Shown: positions 27,459 to 40,079 of the stretch, one piece after another
Numbering within the stretch: the first letter of the stretch is position 1
How the letters are laid out: every line of letters begins with the position of its first letter
NCBI RefSeq assembly: GCF_006345805.1
Contig: NC_042999.1
Span: 113,088,001-113,152,000, forward strand
Direction of reading: 5' to 3'
Origin: Octopus sinensis
Taxonomy: Eukaryota
DNA length: 64,000 nt
Position numbers and translations under genes: made by a program
The notes under the pieces: model-generated
Databases searched by the model: none
Told to the model about the DNA's origin: nothing
The model's input: only the letters and a program-made list of their open reading frames with translations

Positions 27459-28243
27459 ATGAGGAGTGTGTTGGCTTTTATTGTCAAATATGCATTTAGT
27501 GTCATGTTTACATGTGTAAGTGTAAGAGGAAATAAATTTGGAGTGATTATGTCCTGTTTTTCGTATTGATGCCTTATAATCTTGAAGTGGATTTAAACAG
27601 AAATAAAATACTAGTGTGTTGTGTTTAAACTATAAAACTTGTTTTAAGATAAAACGCAAAAATAAAAAGTAAAACAGAACTAAAACCAAAAGAATGGCAG
27701 AAAGACCAAGAGAACATAAAGAAAACGGAAAGCGAAAAATTTGTTCAGTCAAAGGAAAAATGAAAAATAACACAAAAACAGAAAATGAAAAAAAATACAG
27801 AATGGGGCAGTAAAATCTAAGGGAAACAACTCGAGGCTCTAAATGAAAAGACTAATAACTAGCTAAGACATCAAATGGAAGACATAGCAACAGTAACAAC
27901 AACAGCAACAACACTAATAGCGGCAATAGCAAAAGCAACGACTATAATAACATACGTCAAATGGTAGAATTAAGGATATTTTTGCATGATTTTTTGTGAG
28001 CCCTTATAACGGCTGTATTGATCGAGAAGATCGATAATCAAAGGCACTCAAGCCGTAATCATCTTATCATGAATCGGATGGAGAAGAATAAATGTAAACT
28101 GAGGTAAGAGAAAGAAGGAAGGAAAGAAAAAAAAGAAAGGGAGAGAGAGAGTGTCTATACATACATACGTACATACATACATACATACATACATACATAC
28201 ATACATACATACATACATACATACGTACGTACATACATATATA

Positions 28244-28480
28244 CTTTTATTCTTTTACTCGTTTTAGTCATTTGACTGCGGCCATGCTGGAGCACCGGCT
28301 TTAGTCGAGCAAATCGACCCCAGAGCTTATTCTTTGTAAGCCTACTACTTATTCTATCGATCTCTTTTGCCGAACCGCTACGTTACGGGGACGTAAACAC
28401 ACCCGCATCGGTTGTCAAGCGATATTGGGGGGACAAACACAGACACACAAACATATACACACACATACATACACACACAC

Positions 28481-28530
<50 letters not shown>

Positions 28531-28691
28531 CGGGCTTCTTCCAGTTTCCGTCTACCAAATCCACTCACAAGGCTTTGGTTGACCCGAGACTACAGTAGAA
28601 GTCACTTGCCCAAGGTGCCACGAAGTGGGACTGAAACCAGGACCATGTGGTTGGTAAGCAAGCTACTTACCACACAGATACTCCTGCGCCT
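28244..28691 (-). mobile_element. tRNA-type SINE family B with internal (CA)/(TA) microsatellite
   Basis: Minus strand: aggcgcaggagt..gtgtggtaagtagcttgc..accttgggcaag..gacggaaactg..[microsat]..gcttgacaaccgatg..ggtcgatttgctcgact..gcatggccgcagtcaaatgact..aagaataaaag. Confidence 0.9.
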
Positions 28692-28879
28692 GTATATACA
28701 CACATATATATATATAATGTAACCGAAATGTACTGCATGTATTTAGTACTTTCTCCCATTTATACATTCAAACATGCGTGTATATATGTGCATGCGTGTG
28801 TGTGTATATATATATATATATGTAGTGTGTTGTGTGTGTGTTTGTGTGTGTGTGAGAGAGAGAGAGAGTATACTCATAT

Positions 28880-29520
28880 ATGATGACTGTCCATTTGTGA
28901 CCGAGGAAGACCATTACTGATGATTGCCCATACAAGTTGCCAGCAATGTCCGTGCATTAGGTTATTAAACCAGGAGTCAGTTCACGCGGGTTCGCGCTCG
29001 TGGATTCCATGCTAGCCGTAGCACCCTCCTACTTGACCGGGCATCAGATGCTCGCTTCGCCGGCCGGCTATGGCACAGACTAAAATTTTAGGCCCAAATA
29101 GGTTTGCACAACACCTCACAGACCCTCTCCACCCTAAGGTCATGATCCAGAGACAAGCCAGGGGAGGATATCCAGTGTCAACATGGGTCACAGGCTCGGT
29201 ATGTGGGGTTCCATGTTCTTAAGCGCATGCAAAGGATAAAAGATACTTAAATTGTTCAATACTATTCCTTTCATATCTAATTTTATATCAGAGAGATCTT
29301 CTGCTAAAAACAAGCTGGTCACTAAGTCAGAATTTCTGAAGGCCCGGGCTCTGCATGATAGTCGTTGAACTTGCACCAGTTTCATCCGTTCCTTTAACAG
29401 GTCTTGTTTTCAGTCCTGCCAGGTTTCTGAAAATCCTCCTCACCAGGTAAGCCTAGTGGGGGTACCGGATTAGTCGTGGACCTGACCATGTTACCAGTAG
29501 CACTTATGAGAAACCTGGCA
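28880..29520 (-). mobile_element. Unclassified retroposon-like segment, possibly an RTE-type non-autonomous derivative
   Basis: GC-richer, non-coding; the minus strand ends gtcttcctcggtcacaaatggacagtcatcat, reminiscent of RTE 3' ends; 12-bp inverted repeat at 29417/29508. Confidence 0.3.
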
Positions 29521-29752
29521 TTTATATACACACAATATATATTTATCTATAAATATATATATTCACATATATTTATAGATAGATCCATTTCAGTCAATTT
29601 TACCAGTTTCGTACAAAAGTACTGGAAACCGATCAAGGCACACATGAGAAGAACAAGGAGGAAGAGTATGGCCACGAATCCGTTGTATAAATATTAATAT
29701 ACTCACTGTATTGACAAAGTGCTTCTTTTTTTGGCTCACGAATTCCTAGTTT

Positions 29753-29847
<95 letters not shown>

Positions 29848-29869
29848 CTAACTTAATAACACCACCTGA

Positions 29870-30870
29870 TAGAATGTATTAAATCATTTTAAAGTCAAGT
29901 TTTGTGGTACACGGCTCATTTAAGTAAGGGAGTTGTTGTTGACTGAGATGTGTCTAGTATCCCTTGAAGAAATTTGTCCAGGTTTCTTTTGAAGGTAATG
30001 GGTTCTTTTTCCTCTTTGATTTGTTTTGGGATAATGTAAGAATTGTTGAGGGAAAGAAATTATGAAGCCTAAATATAACATGTGGCTCCAGCCTTGGATG
30101 AATTCTGAATTTGATGTTAAGATCGTTTGGGCAATACCAGTGCTATATTATCCACATTGTGCAAATGATGTAGCCCACACGGCAGCGTCGGAGAGAATAA
30201 ATTTTCGATGTTTTAAGGCAGTTCCAATAATTAAGATCAATCGTGCTTTCATCTTTTTCTGGAGTGACTTAATTCTTGTAATGTTTTGTTTGGTGTAAGG
30301 AGACCAGAAGGGGCAGAATTATTCTAAGTGTGGCCATACAGAGGATGAGAAAAGGAGAGTGATGGCATGTTGCTCTGTGGACCGGAAAGTTCTGAGGATA
30401 CATGAACTCATCCTGCGAATCGTATTGACTTTATTGTTGGTATGAGCACTCCTGCTGAAATTGTCAACAATTACTCCTAAGCCCCTGATATTACTGGATG
30501 CTTTGAATAGTTCCCCATGAAGGAAGAGTATAAGATTGTTTAAGTGCATTCTTTTTTCCAAAGTGCATGAGTTCAAATTTTCCATCGTTTAACCGCATGT
30601 TGTTTTTTTAATCCACCCATTAGCTTACATCATGTAGATCAGACTGGAGTTCAGTTCGGTCTTCTGTACTGATAATTTTTTGAAGCTTGGTGTCATCTGT
30701 GAATATTTTTTATTTTACTTGTGCTTGATGACGCTTGATATGCCATTTATATTGACTATAAAAGAGAAGCCGACACAAAACAGTCCCCTGGGAACACCAC
30801 TGGTTAGCGATTAGAAAAGATGTCAGTTATCGACTGGTTCTTCACTTACAATTCCTTTGATATTGAAATA
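29870..30870 (-). mobile_element. CR1/L2-type LINE reverse transcriptase 3' fragment, degenerate
   Basis: Minus strand reads GVPQGTVL..LLF...IFTDDTKL, then GLGVIVD..SAHTNNKV..RRMSSCILRTFRS...LLFSS.VWPHLE (FADD motif and thumb region). Confidence 0.85.
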
Positions 30871-31049
30871 TGGTAGCGTTTTGAGAACATTGTATATATG
30901 CTCACCAGCACTACGAAATTCCCAAGAAAAAAAACTCTCATCAGGAGAATAAAAGGATTTAATTATAAAATCAACCAATTAAAATATATACTCACTCCGG
31001 CGCCATTTTCAAGGCAGGAAAATGGTGCCGGTGCGATACATTCATATAT

Positions 31050-31127
<78 letters not shown>

Positions 31128-31347
31128 CCCACCCATGCATATATATGTACATATATGCCAAAAAGATATTAACAAAATAGCAAGAATATTATAAAAATGT
31201 ATAACGACAAAATTTTAACTGCAGAAAAAATATAAATTTTGTATATCTTTTAAAGGCTAAAGGGAGAATTGAAACACGCTGTATGTATGCATCTTCGTAT
31301 ATAGAATCTGTATGGATATGTATTATATGTGTGTACAGATATATATA

Positions 31348-31869
31348 TAATCATATCGAAGGGAAATGGAAATTAATAGAAATTTTCACTCCCAGTGGCC
31401 TCGTGCGTAAAAATTTTGTCCAAAGACTATGTATTCACTCATAAAACACAGTGTACATTTAAACACATAAAAGGAATCCACTCATGGGATTCATCACACT
31501 AGAAAGAACAGCTAAGTTCCAAAATCACAAAATTAGGGATAAAATCCTGAAAGGAACGAAATGAAAAATAAAAACTTTTACTTTTCTAGTTTCCTGGACC
31601 AATTGGTTTCTGATTTTAGTTTAGCAAATACGATAATTTGCTAGGTGAAATCGTCATCAACAGGTATACCTCAGATCAAATATATAAACACGAGGCAATC
31701 AATTATATGCCTCTTGTTTATGCATACTAATGTTTTTCAAATCTACTGCGCAGGTGAAGCTCCTCGTCGGCAATAAAAAAATGCCAACTTTTAAAATTCG
31801 AAAATTATTTAAAAACTTACAATACTTAATCATATCGAAGGGAAATGGAAATTAATAGAAATTTTCACT
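31348..31869 (-). mobile_element. Hammerhead-bearing non-coding element: 479-bp monomer plus 43-bp terminal direct repeat (retrozyme/pLTR-like)
   Basis: Identical 43-mer taatcatatcgaagggaaatggaaattaatagaaattttcact at 31348-31390 and 31827-31869, with a hammerhead motif inside and a (TA)n tract at the left end. Confidence 0.75.
31593..31664 (-). ncRNA. Type-I hammerhead ribozyme motif
   Basis: CCUG / UUGAUGA / cGAUUU-cacc-UAGCAAAU-uaucgu-AUUUGCUA-aacua-AAAUCa / GAAA / CCAAUUGG / UC / CAGG. Stem I, extended stem II, palindromic stem III and GUC site are present; deviations are C3U and one stem II terminal mismatch. Confidence 0.75.
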
Positions 31870-31905
31870 TCCTAGTGTGTAAACTAGATGGTTATCTCTG
31901 CTAGT

Positions 31906-31936
<31 letters not shown>

Positions 31937-32514
31937 TATACCTACCTACCTGCCTGCCTACCTACCTGCCTGCCTACCGACCTACCTGGCTACCAACATA
32001 CATACACACACACACACGCATGTTTATATTATGACGTCCAGACCAACTGTGCAAGTGTTTATATGGCTTATAATGGAAAAAATTCCTTGCCAAATCTTTT
32101 AAAGATATTCACTTGAAGATTAACATGCGTTTTCTTTTCCTTTTCTTCATTCTTTAGATAATAGCCTTTTAACAAGCCCCTCTGGTCCAGTTGCTTAGTA
32201 GGTTTATAGATGAAAATTTCGTGTATGGTAACTGTTGCCAGAATTTCTCGTAGGTCTGTCATTGAAATGTAACCAGATCTTAAACTTGACTGGGAATAAC
32301 TGTTTTAAAAGACTTAGCATCACCTACTCTCCTTCTCTTATTAAATTCATCTCAGATATTTGCTGTCAGTCGTCTCTAAGTCAGTTTTATGATTGTAAGA
32401 AATCAATTATGCAGTACTGATTACTGCAAATTTTCAAGTTAAGCATAATCTTTAATTCTGGGGGTAGATTTTACTCTTAGTGTATTGAATACTGTTTGCA
32501 ATATATGTGATGAG

Positions 32515-32733
32515 TAAGGCAGCGAGCAGGTAGAATCGTTAGCACGCCGGCCAAAATGCTTAGTGGGATTTTATCCGTCTTTATATTCTGAGTTCAAATT
32601 CCGCTGAGATCAACTTTGCCTTTCATCCTTTCGGGGTCGAGAAAATAAGTACCAGTTGAGTACTGGAGGCGATGTACTTGACTTAACTCCTCTCTCAAAA
32701 TTGGTGGCCGTGTGCCAAAATTTGAAACCAATA
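32515..32733 (+). mobile_element. SINE family A
   Basis: Full consensus match. Confidence 0.9.
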
Positions 32734-34824
32734 TGTGCTTTGAGTTATAGGGAAACCCTTCAATATTTAAAACATTAAATTTAATGTTGTTTTCATAAGT
32801 TCAGTTGTATATGAAATCGAGGTCCTGCTACAGATCCTTTTGCTGTTGGAGGTCTTTGGAGGCCTTCGAGATTTCATTTACATTATCGCTAATGGTGAAA
32901 AAGTTTATTTTGAGACCCGGAGATATGTTTGTGAGGAAACGTCAACAAGAAATTTTATTCGTTCCATTTTGTTTCTTTTAAAGACACTCCAAGTAAGTTG
33001 CAGAACTTTTGGTTTAAGAATGGTACTGTTTCTTATTTCAGAGACTAACTTTTAAAGTAATACTGAAATTGACAACGTGTGCGTCTTCATTTGATGAGTG
33101 AATCAACAAGGGTGACATGTGGGATAGAGCGACCTGCTAGAAATAACACCCAAACTTTCCTCTATTTACATACTGTTACTTTCATTTATGAACTGCAGTC
33201 ATGTTGGGGCAAAGGCTTTAAAGGTTTTTAGCTGATAATATATGATTCAAAATATGCTTCATGATTTCAACGAAGGAATCTCAAGCTACAGAAATCGTCT
33301 TTCAGTAAAGAATTCACGCCTGGAAAATAACATCATAATATGGGTTAGTAACACTAATAAAACGAGGCAAGCTTTATTTTTTTAATTAGTCAATGTATAA
33401 ATCTAACTTAAAAACGAAAAACAAAGTAAAGGAAATCTTATTAATATTTAATAAATGTTCTACATTAAAAAAATATAGACAGGTTATTGTTTAGCTCCAG
33501 GTCATTCTTAATTGATTAGACTTATGATTAAAGGCCTTCTAACCGTGAGCACCCGTCTTTTCCAGACATATATCTAGAATAATATGCTTCAAAGACAGTG
33601 TGATTTAAAGGGAATTTTGTTACTCTTTCTGGCAACTAGAGTGGCTGCATAGATATTCCGTCGCAAGGTCATCCTGCCCATTGTGTGCCCCCTTTTACTT
33701 TTTGAACTTAGTTAATAAGATCCCATTTAATAAACAATAAAGTTATAAGGCAGTCAACATTAAAAAAAAGGCAGAACTACACCAGAGAACTAGGAAATGT
33801 TTACTAAATCTGCTTAAATAATAAAGAAATAATCACAGTAAAGTTTTCTTGATTCTATTTCGCATAATTTCCCGTTGCATTATCGAGTGTAGGTGGTTCA
33901 ATATCTATAGTGTGAGTATCTAGTTCCATAAAAACACGTATGCACTCTAACATATCTAAATATATGTATGTACTGTAACGTATGTTTAAATATATGTATG
34001 TACTGTAACGTATATGTAAGTATATGTATGTATATTATATGTGCATGAGAAAATATGCATGTGTATCTATGTGTATCAACACGCATGAACATACACACAT
34101 AAGAAAGCAAAATTATCTGTACTATTCAACAAAAAGTTTCAAGGGTCTTTTTGCATGACGATTGTAAAGTGTATTAGATTACAATTGACACCCTCAGCTA
34201 AGAAAAAAAAAAAAAATCAATAAAATTAATTTTTAACTTTTCAGCCGTGGCATGTTTTCTAATATTACTAGATCTCACAGTTCTTCCAGTCACGTGAGTA
34301 TATTTGCTCAAACTGTACGCGCAACACTGTTGGTAATTTGTAAAACATCATTCACCAGCAAAATGCTACCTGAGCGTCTTCAAGTCTCCATTAATGGCAA
34401 CTATAGAAATGATATCTTAATGTTGCTATTGCTGTTGTTAGCAGTATAATTTAAGAAGCCATGTTTTGTCAGAAGCGACTGAAAAATCACTATCATTCTG
34501 TATTGTATAAAAATCATCATTACTTTCGTAATCGAAAATTTGGCGACATTTACAGGGTTTGAAATTTTTCTGTGAATTACGAAAAGTAAACAATTAGTCA
34601 AATTAAAGGGTAATTGTTGTGGCTACTATTGATGATTTTTGAATAGACAAGATGCTTTGCATATTCTGTACGAAAGTAATATACTATCGTATTGTACCTA
34701 ATTTTCTGAAATGCATTAGCAGAATATATGGTTAGATAGCTGTAACTAGGGAGCGAAGCACGTTGTAGCATCTTCTTCCCAAAGAAGTTACTTCTATAGC
34801 ACAACGCTTACTGCACTGTTTTAT

Positions 34825-34874
<50 letters not shown>

Positions 34875-34905
34875 ACACACACACACACACACTCACACAC
34901 ACACA

Positions 34906-34950
<45 letters not shown>

Positions 34951-36453
34951 TTTGGCAAGATTCAAGACAAATCTTCGCAGTAAAAGTGCACGAAATGCCA
35001 GAATGAGTTGCAGTACAAATAATATGATGCGAACCAGCGGCACTGTTACTCGATCATCTAGTAATAGAAGCCAACCATCCATCAAGCCATATTCTGCGAT
35101 AGTGTTCGATATATCTAAAGCAAAACAGTCAAGAACAAAGCTGGAATACCTTTGATCATTGGATGGCTGGATCAATGTCAACAGGCGACAATAAAGTAAC
35201 AACCACAAAAAACACCTTCACCATCGCCACCAATATCAGCAACAGAGGAAACTATACGTGCTGTTATTTACTGAACGCTGTATATATTAGCAATATAACT
35301 GAAGGGAAATAGATGTAACTGGGAATTGAAATCAAGATCCTGTTCTTCCACAAGTCACAACCTTCACTTCAATTTCTTACACATTTAGTTACATTGAAAG
35401 CAATAAGACAACTCGCTCTTATTCCTTCCTCACTGAGACGAAGAGCAATGCCCCAAAGCCTTATATTCTTTCTGGCATTTGAACTTATCAAACTCTTTGT
35501 ATCAACACTCCTATGGGTTAATTGTTGTTGATGCAGACCATCATCAGTTTCCTTGGCTTTCCGATTTTGCCCTATCCGTAACTAGTAAGATTCATTTAAT
35601 AAAAATACTAGAGCCAACTTATATTCATTCTTCTCTGACAATGGTGTTGCCCGAGAGATACTCATTGAACTTTCAATGTATTTATGCGATTTGTGTGTTT
35701 AGTTCCGAGTGAACCCTCAATGAGTAGCCTTATTATCTGGTTTTGCTTCCTGTTACAACCATTTCACCTCATCTGTGTCACTAATGCTCTTGAAATAAAT
35801 CTTCAGAAAATTACAAGTACTCCATTTTGCTTGCCTCCATAAATATTAGATTTTGTGTTTATAAGAATATAATTTTCAGAGAAGAATTAATCAAGTTAGT
35901 TTCCTATAAGCTTCTACAGATACAATTTCAAGATTCGAACTCAGAACTTCAAACCAAATTTCCTCACTTAAATTATGTAATAGCAGGGGGTTCTTGCAAC
36001 GGAGTATTTTAAAAATTTAATCTGTTGTAATTTCAATCGAATTGGGCCACAGAAAGGGTTAACCAAGTTTCTTATTTCGACGTGAGAGTTAAATATATTT
36101 AGAATTATCAATGTTTAGAATTATCAATATTTAGAGACATCAATGACTCAGTCTAGGATCCTTGAAATGTTGCCAACTTTCTTTTAGTTTAGATGTAAGA
36201 AACTGTCATTTTGCTAACACTCACATTATTGACTACCACCGCCGCTCTGTCATCGCCTAAACCACTAGCGTCACCACCACCACCACCACCACCACTGTGA
36301 TGATTCAGAGCAGAAATGTACTCTGCCGGCCCAACCACCATCACCCGCCAATATACTCTTACCGACACGATATCGCTGATGTAACCTCTACTCTAACTCT
36401 ATCATCACCATTGTGAAGTATTAGAAATCTTTGAAAATATTCTTCTAAAGGTT

Positions 36454-36990
36454 TTATTCTCGCATATATCTGTGTTTAAATATGCGCTTGAATCTGTGGT
36501 TCTGTGACTGAGAGCGTGTGGTAGAAGTAGATAGTGTCCTGTACACTACCATCTTCCTTGCTACATTCTTTGTCACTTCTTCTGGTGGGGTCAGCTTTAA
36601 GTTGGCCCCCCTTCCTTTTGTAACAATTTTCACCCTTTTTTTCCAGTCCTTTGTGTCTATTTTTATCTCCTGAACTTCAAAGGTGATGGTCGCAAATGCA
36701 TAACTTGCGACACGTTCCATTTCTCCTCCTTTTCCCAATTCACCCATAATGGGGAAGAAATAATTTTCAAAAACAGGCACACACAACGACAGAAATTCAA
36801 CAATTTAACAATTCAACAATTTAAAAATTTAACTGATACAGGTTCACTCGCGCGGGGAAACCTACAACAATATATAATAACAGTGTGTAACAATTTAACT
36901 CACGTTCAAAAGAAATCAACACGAACACCCAAGATGGCTTGCTTCTGACTAGTGTTTGAAGCTTTCTCTATTTTTATAGGGGGTTCATGG
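36454..36990 (-). mobile_element. 5' end of an unidentified element or gene: TATA-like box, leader and a truncated ~100-aa ORF
   Basis: Minus strand ctataaaaatag lies ~25 nt before cactagtcag; the ORF MGELGKGGEMERVASYAFAT..KDWKKRVKIV has a SYAxA-like motif seen in LINE ORF1s. Not diagnostic. Confidence 0.3.
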
Positions 36991-37439
36991 CTCAAATTAG
37001 CATATATTTTGAATAGGATTTGACTTGTAGAGGATAGCCACATGCCTGGCCTTAGAAATTGTTGTAGGTTCCCCGTTACGCCCGTGTGTTAGTATCAAGT
37101 GACAATGTTTGGCGTCGTAATTTAAGGATGACACGGTTGACTGAACATGCCCAAACAATCAATGCTCTGTTTTCTGTCAAGTGTTTATAGAGAATGAATA
37201 CATGATTAGGTTTATAACCTTTTGTATGTTTCCCGCTACGTCCACGTGCTAGTGTCACATGACAGTATATTTTGCGCCTAAAAAGAAGGCCGACACGGTT
37301 GAGTGATCATGTTTATTTACAATCAAGGCACTACAAGTTTAATCTGTCTGGTGGGACAGTGGACAGGAGTCGTTTGCATGTAGTCCAGTGGCTAACATTT
37401 CGGTTGTTAGCTGTGTAGGTTCCTCATGTTAAGTGGCAG

Positions 37440-38730
37440 AATGAGTTCGTGTGTGAATAGTTATTTGTGTATGTACTCTTTTAAAGCTTGTTAAATCTTG
37501 GTTTGTACTTTTGTATGAAAGTATTTTCTTTGTTTATCCGTGCTTCATCTGTGGTATTCGCTTAACCTAGGTAGAGTGGGAATACTTGGAATTTAGGGGA
37601 CTTATCATTTTCACATGTATTTGTGTCCACTCAGTGGAATCTGTCTAGTACTGGGGTCTCGTATTTGTTGTCGGTGAAGTGTCAGTCTCATTCTTAGATT
37701 GAGTTTTGTTTGACATATGTAATTTTCATTACATCCTTAACATTTTATAGCGTATATTAAGTTCCTTGAAGAACATGTAAGGTGATTTTTACAGTAAAAA
37801 TATGTCCTGATTTGAATTTTTTTGATGTGTCTTCAATAAGATTGATGAACGTCCCGCAATTTGGTCTGCCACACTTTTTGGTTGTTGGTGTAGGAATTGT
37901 GGAATGTAATTTAGCACTTGTGAGGAATTTTTTGAGGGGTTTTGATTGTCTTTTACTTTTGATTATTTTGTATATTTCGAATGCTTGTTTCATTCTTGGG
38001 TCTTGTTTTAGTAATGGGATGTTCTGGTGGATAATATTGTAAACCTTTGTGTTTCTTGGTTTGTGTGTTGCAATAAAGGGTAGAGTATTGGATGTATCTG
38101 GAGCGTTTCCGTAGGTCTTGGCTATTTATTGCTTTGGCACGTTCTATTCCGTTGTCTGTTAACACTAATGGATATTGTCTTTTAAGTAGCACTTGTTTTA
38201 GTTTCTAGAGTCTTTTATTGTGAGTTTTAGGGTTTTAGAAAATCGGGCAGCTTCTTCTTGTTAGATTAAAGGGAATATTATTTTTTGTGTGTTTGGGACG
38301 ACATGAGAAGTACAGTAAGTATTGTTTAGAATCTGTTTGTTTGTAGTGAATATCTGTTCCAATGTTTTTATCTCTTTTGATGATTAGTAAATCCAGGAAT
38401 GGTAGTTGAGTTTTAGTATATTCCATGTTATAGTTAATATCATTGTTTATGCTGTTGATTAGATTTTTGAAATCTATAAATTATTCAAATGTATGCGTCC
38501 ATAGGATTTGGAAGTCATCTAAGTAACGTTTCCAGTTTTTTAGTTGATATTTGTGGAAGTTCAAGCCATATTTTAATTTAGATTGTTCATTTATCTGGAC
38601 CTCCATGTATGCCATGACTGGATTTGCGTAAGTTGGAGAAACTTTTGTCACCATCGCAGTACCAGATATTTGTTTGTTAATCGAAGTCAAAAAAGTTGCT
38701 TTCGAGGATAAAAGCCACGTTTTTTGAAAA
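37440..38730 (-). mobile_element. Penelope-like retroelement, 5'-truncated RT plus linker plus GIY-YIG endonuclease, frameshifted
   Basis: KQISGTAM(G>V)TKVSPTYAN, WKRYLDD, LPFLD, TDIHYKQTD..YL.Y.SC.P.HTK.NIPF, linker KCGRPNCGT, and NV(I)YAIKC..RQIPLSGH. These are PLE RT and endonuclease signatures. Confidence 0.92.
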
Positions 38731-38819
38731 TCAGTGGAAACTGTGAAGCCAGTTAAAGCTTTAAATCTATTAATAAAAAATATTTTAACTATCCTCAGTG
38801 CAATTTCAACTTCAATTTT

Positions 38820-38895
<76 letters not shown>

Positions 38896-38981
38896 AGGGT
38901 GGAAAGGAACACACGAGTTGATATATATGAAAAAACAAGTCAAAAATAGAAAATGCTAAGATAATTTTATAGTGAATCTTT

Positions 38982-39019
38982 CAGTACCGGTTTCGGTCAT
39001 TTTGAGACCTTTTCAACTG
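38982..39019 (-). ncRNA. Minimal type-I hammerhead ribozyme, U3-A8 variant (left arm)
   Basis: CAG / UUGAAAA / GGUC-ucaaaau-GACC / GAAA / CCGG / UA / CUG. Confidence 0.7.
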
Positions 39020-40079
39020 TAACGATTAAATAATTAAATTTAGAAAATTAGAAGAAAAGTTTTTTTAAAGGAATATTTCTATAGTAGTGTTCAGATATGA
39101 GTGGCATTCTGCCTTTCTCTGACTCCCTTGTTTGCACTTGTGTGTTCGGGGTCGTTGTGAGTTCTTGGTAGGGTAGGAGAAGAAGAAGGAGGCTGATGTG
39201 GAGAGGGGGTGGGAGTGGGAAAATCTGGGGGAGCCCTGTTGGTCGTATTTTGAATGGTCAGTGGCGACCAGTAGTCGCAGTTCAATTCAGGAATTGTTTA
39301 TGGAATTTGCGTAGGCGTTATACTTAAAGACATCAGTGACAAGGTTAAGGGGTAGAGGGTGGAGAAGTAGAAGAAGAAGATGACGATGTTGATGATGATG
39401 ATGATGAAGAAGAAGAAGAAGAAGGAGAAGGAGAAGATGATGATGATGATGGTGGTGATGATGATGACGACGATGATGATGATAATGATGATGGTGAAGA
39501 AGAAGAGGAAGAAGAAGAAAAAACATATTCTCCCTTCTCTGTTTTTTCTTCTTCTTCCTCTTCTTCTTCACCATCATCATTATCATCATCATCGTCGTCA
39601 TCATCATCACCACCATCATCATCATCATCTTCTCCTTCTCCTTCTTCTTCTTCTTCTTCTTCTTCTTCTTCTTCTTCTTCTTCTTCATCATCATCATCAT
39701 CATCAACATCGTCATCTTCTTCTTCTTCTACTTCTCCACCCTCTACCCCTTAACCATGTCACTGATGTCTTTAAGTATAACGCCTACGCAAATTCCATAA
39801 ACAATTCCTGAATTGAACTGCGACTACTGGTCGCCACTGACCATTCAAAATACGACCAACAGGGCTCCCCCAGATTTTCCCACTCCCACCCCCTCTCCAC
39901 ATCAGCCTCCTTCTTCTTCTCCTACCCTACCAAGAACTCACAACGACCCCGAACACACAAGTGCAAACAAGGGAGTCAGAGAAAGGCAGAATGCCACTCA
40001 TATCTGGACACTACTATAGAAATATTCCTTTAAAAAAACTTTTCTTCTAATTTTTCTAAATTTAATTATTTAATCGTTA

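Noticed and set aside
29430-29453. Second CAG|GTAAGC ratchet-like site
   Set aside because: It lies inside a repeat, has a short pyrimidine tract and no clear branch point.
34952-35155. 67-aa Ser/Arg-rich ORF after a (CA)n tract
   Set aside because: It is short, has no motif and has a weak acceptor; consistent with chance.
39287-39811. Two ~143-aa poly-Met/Lys/His/Leu ORFs on opposite strands
   Set aside because: They mirror each other only because the compound trinucleotide repeat sits at the centre of the palindrome.
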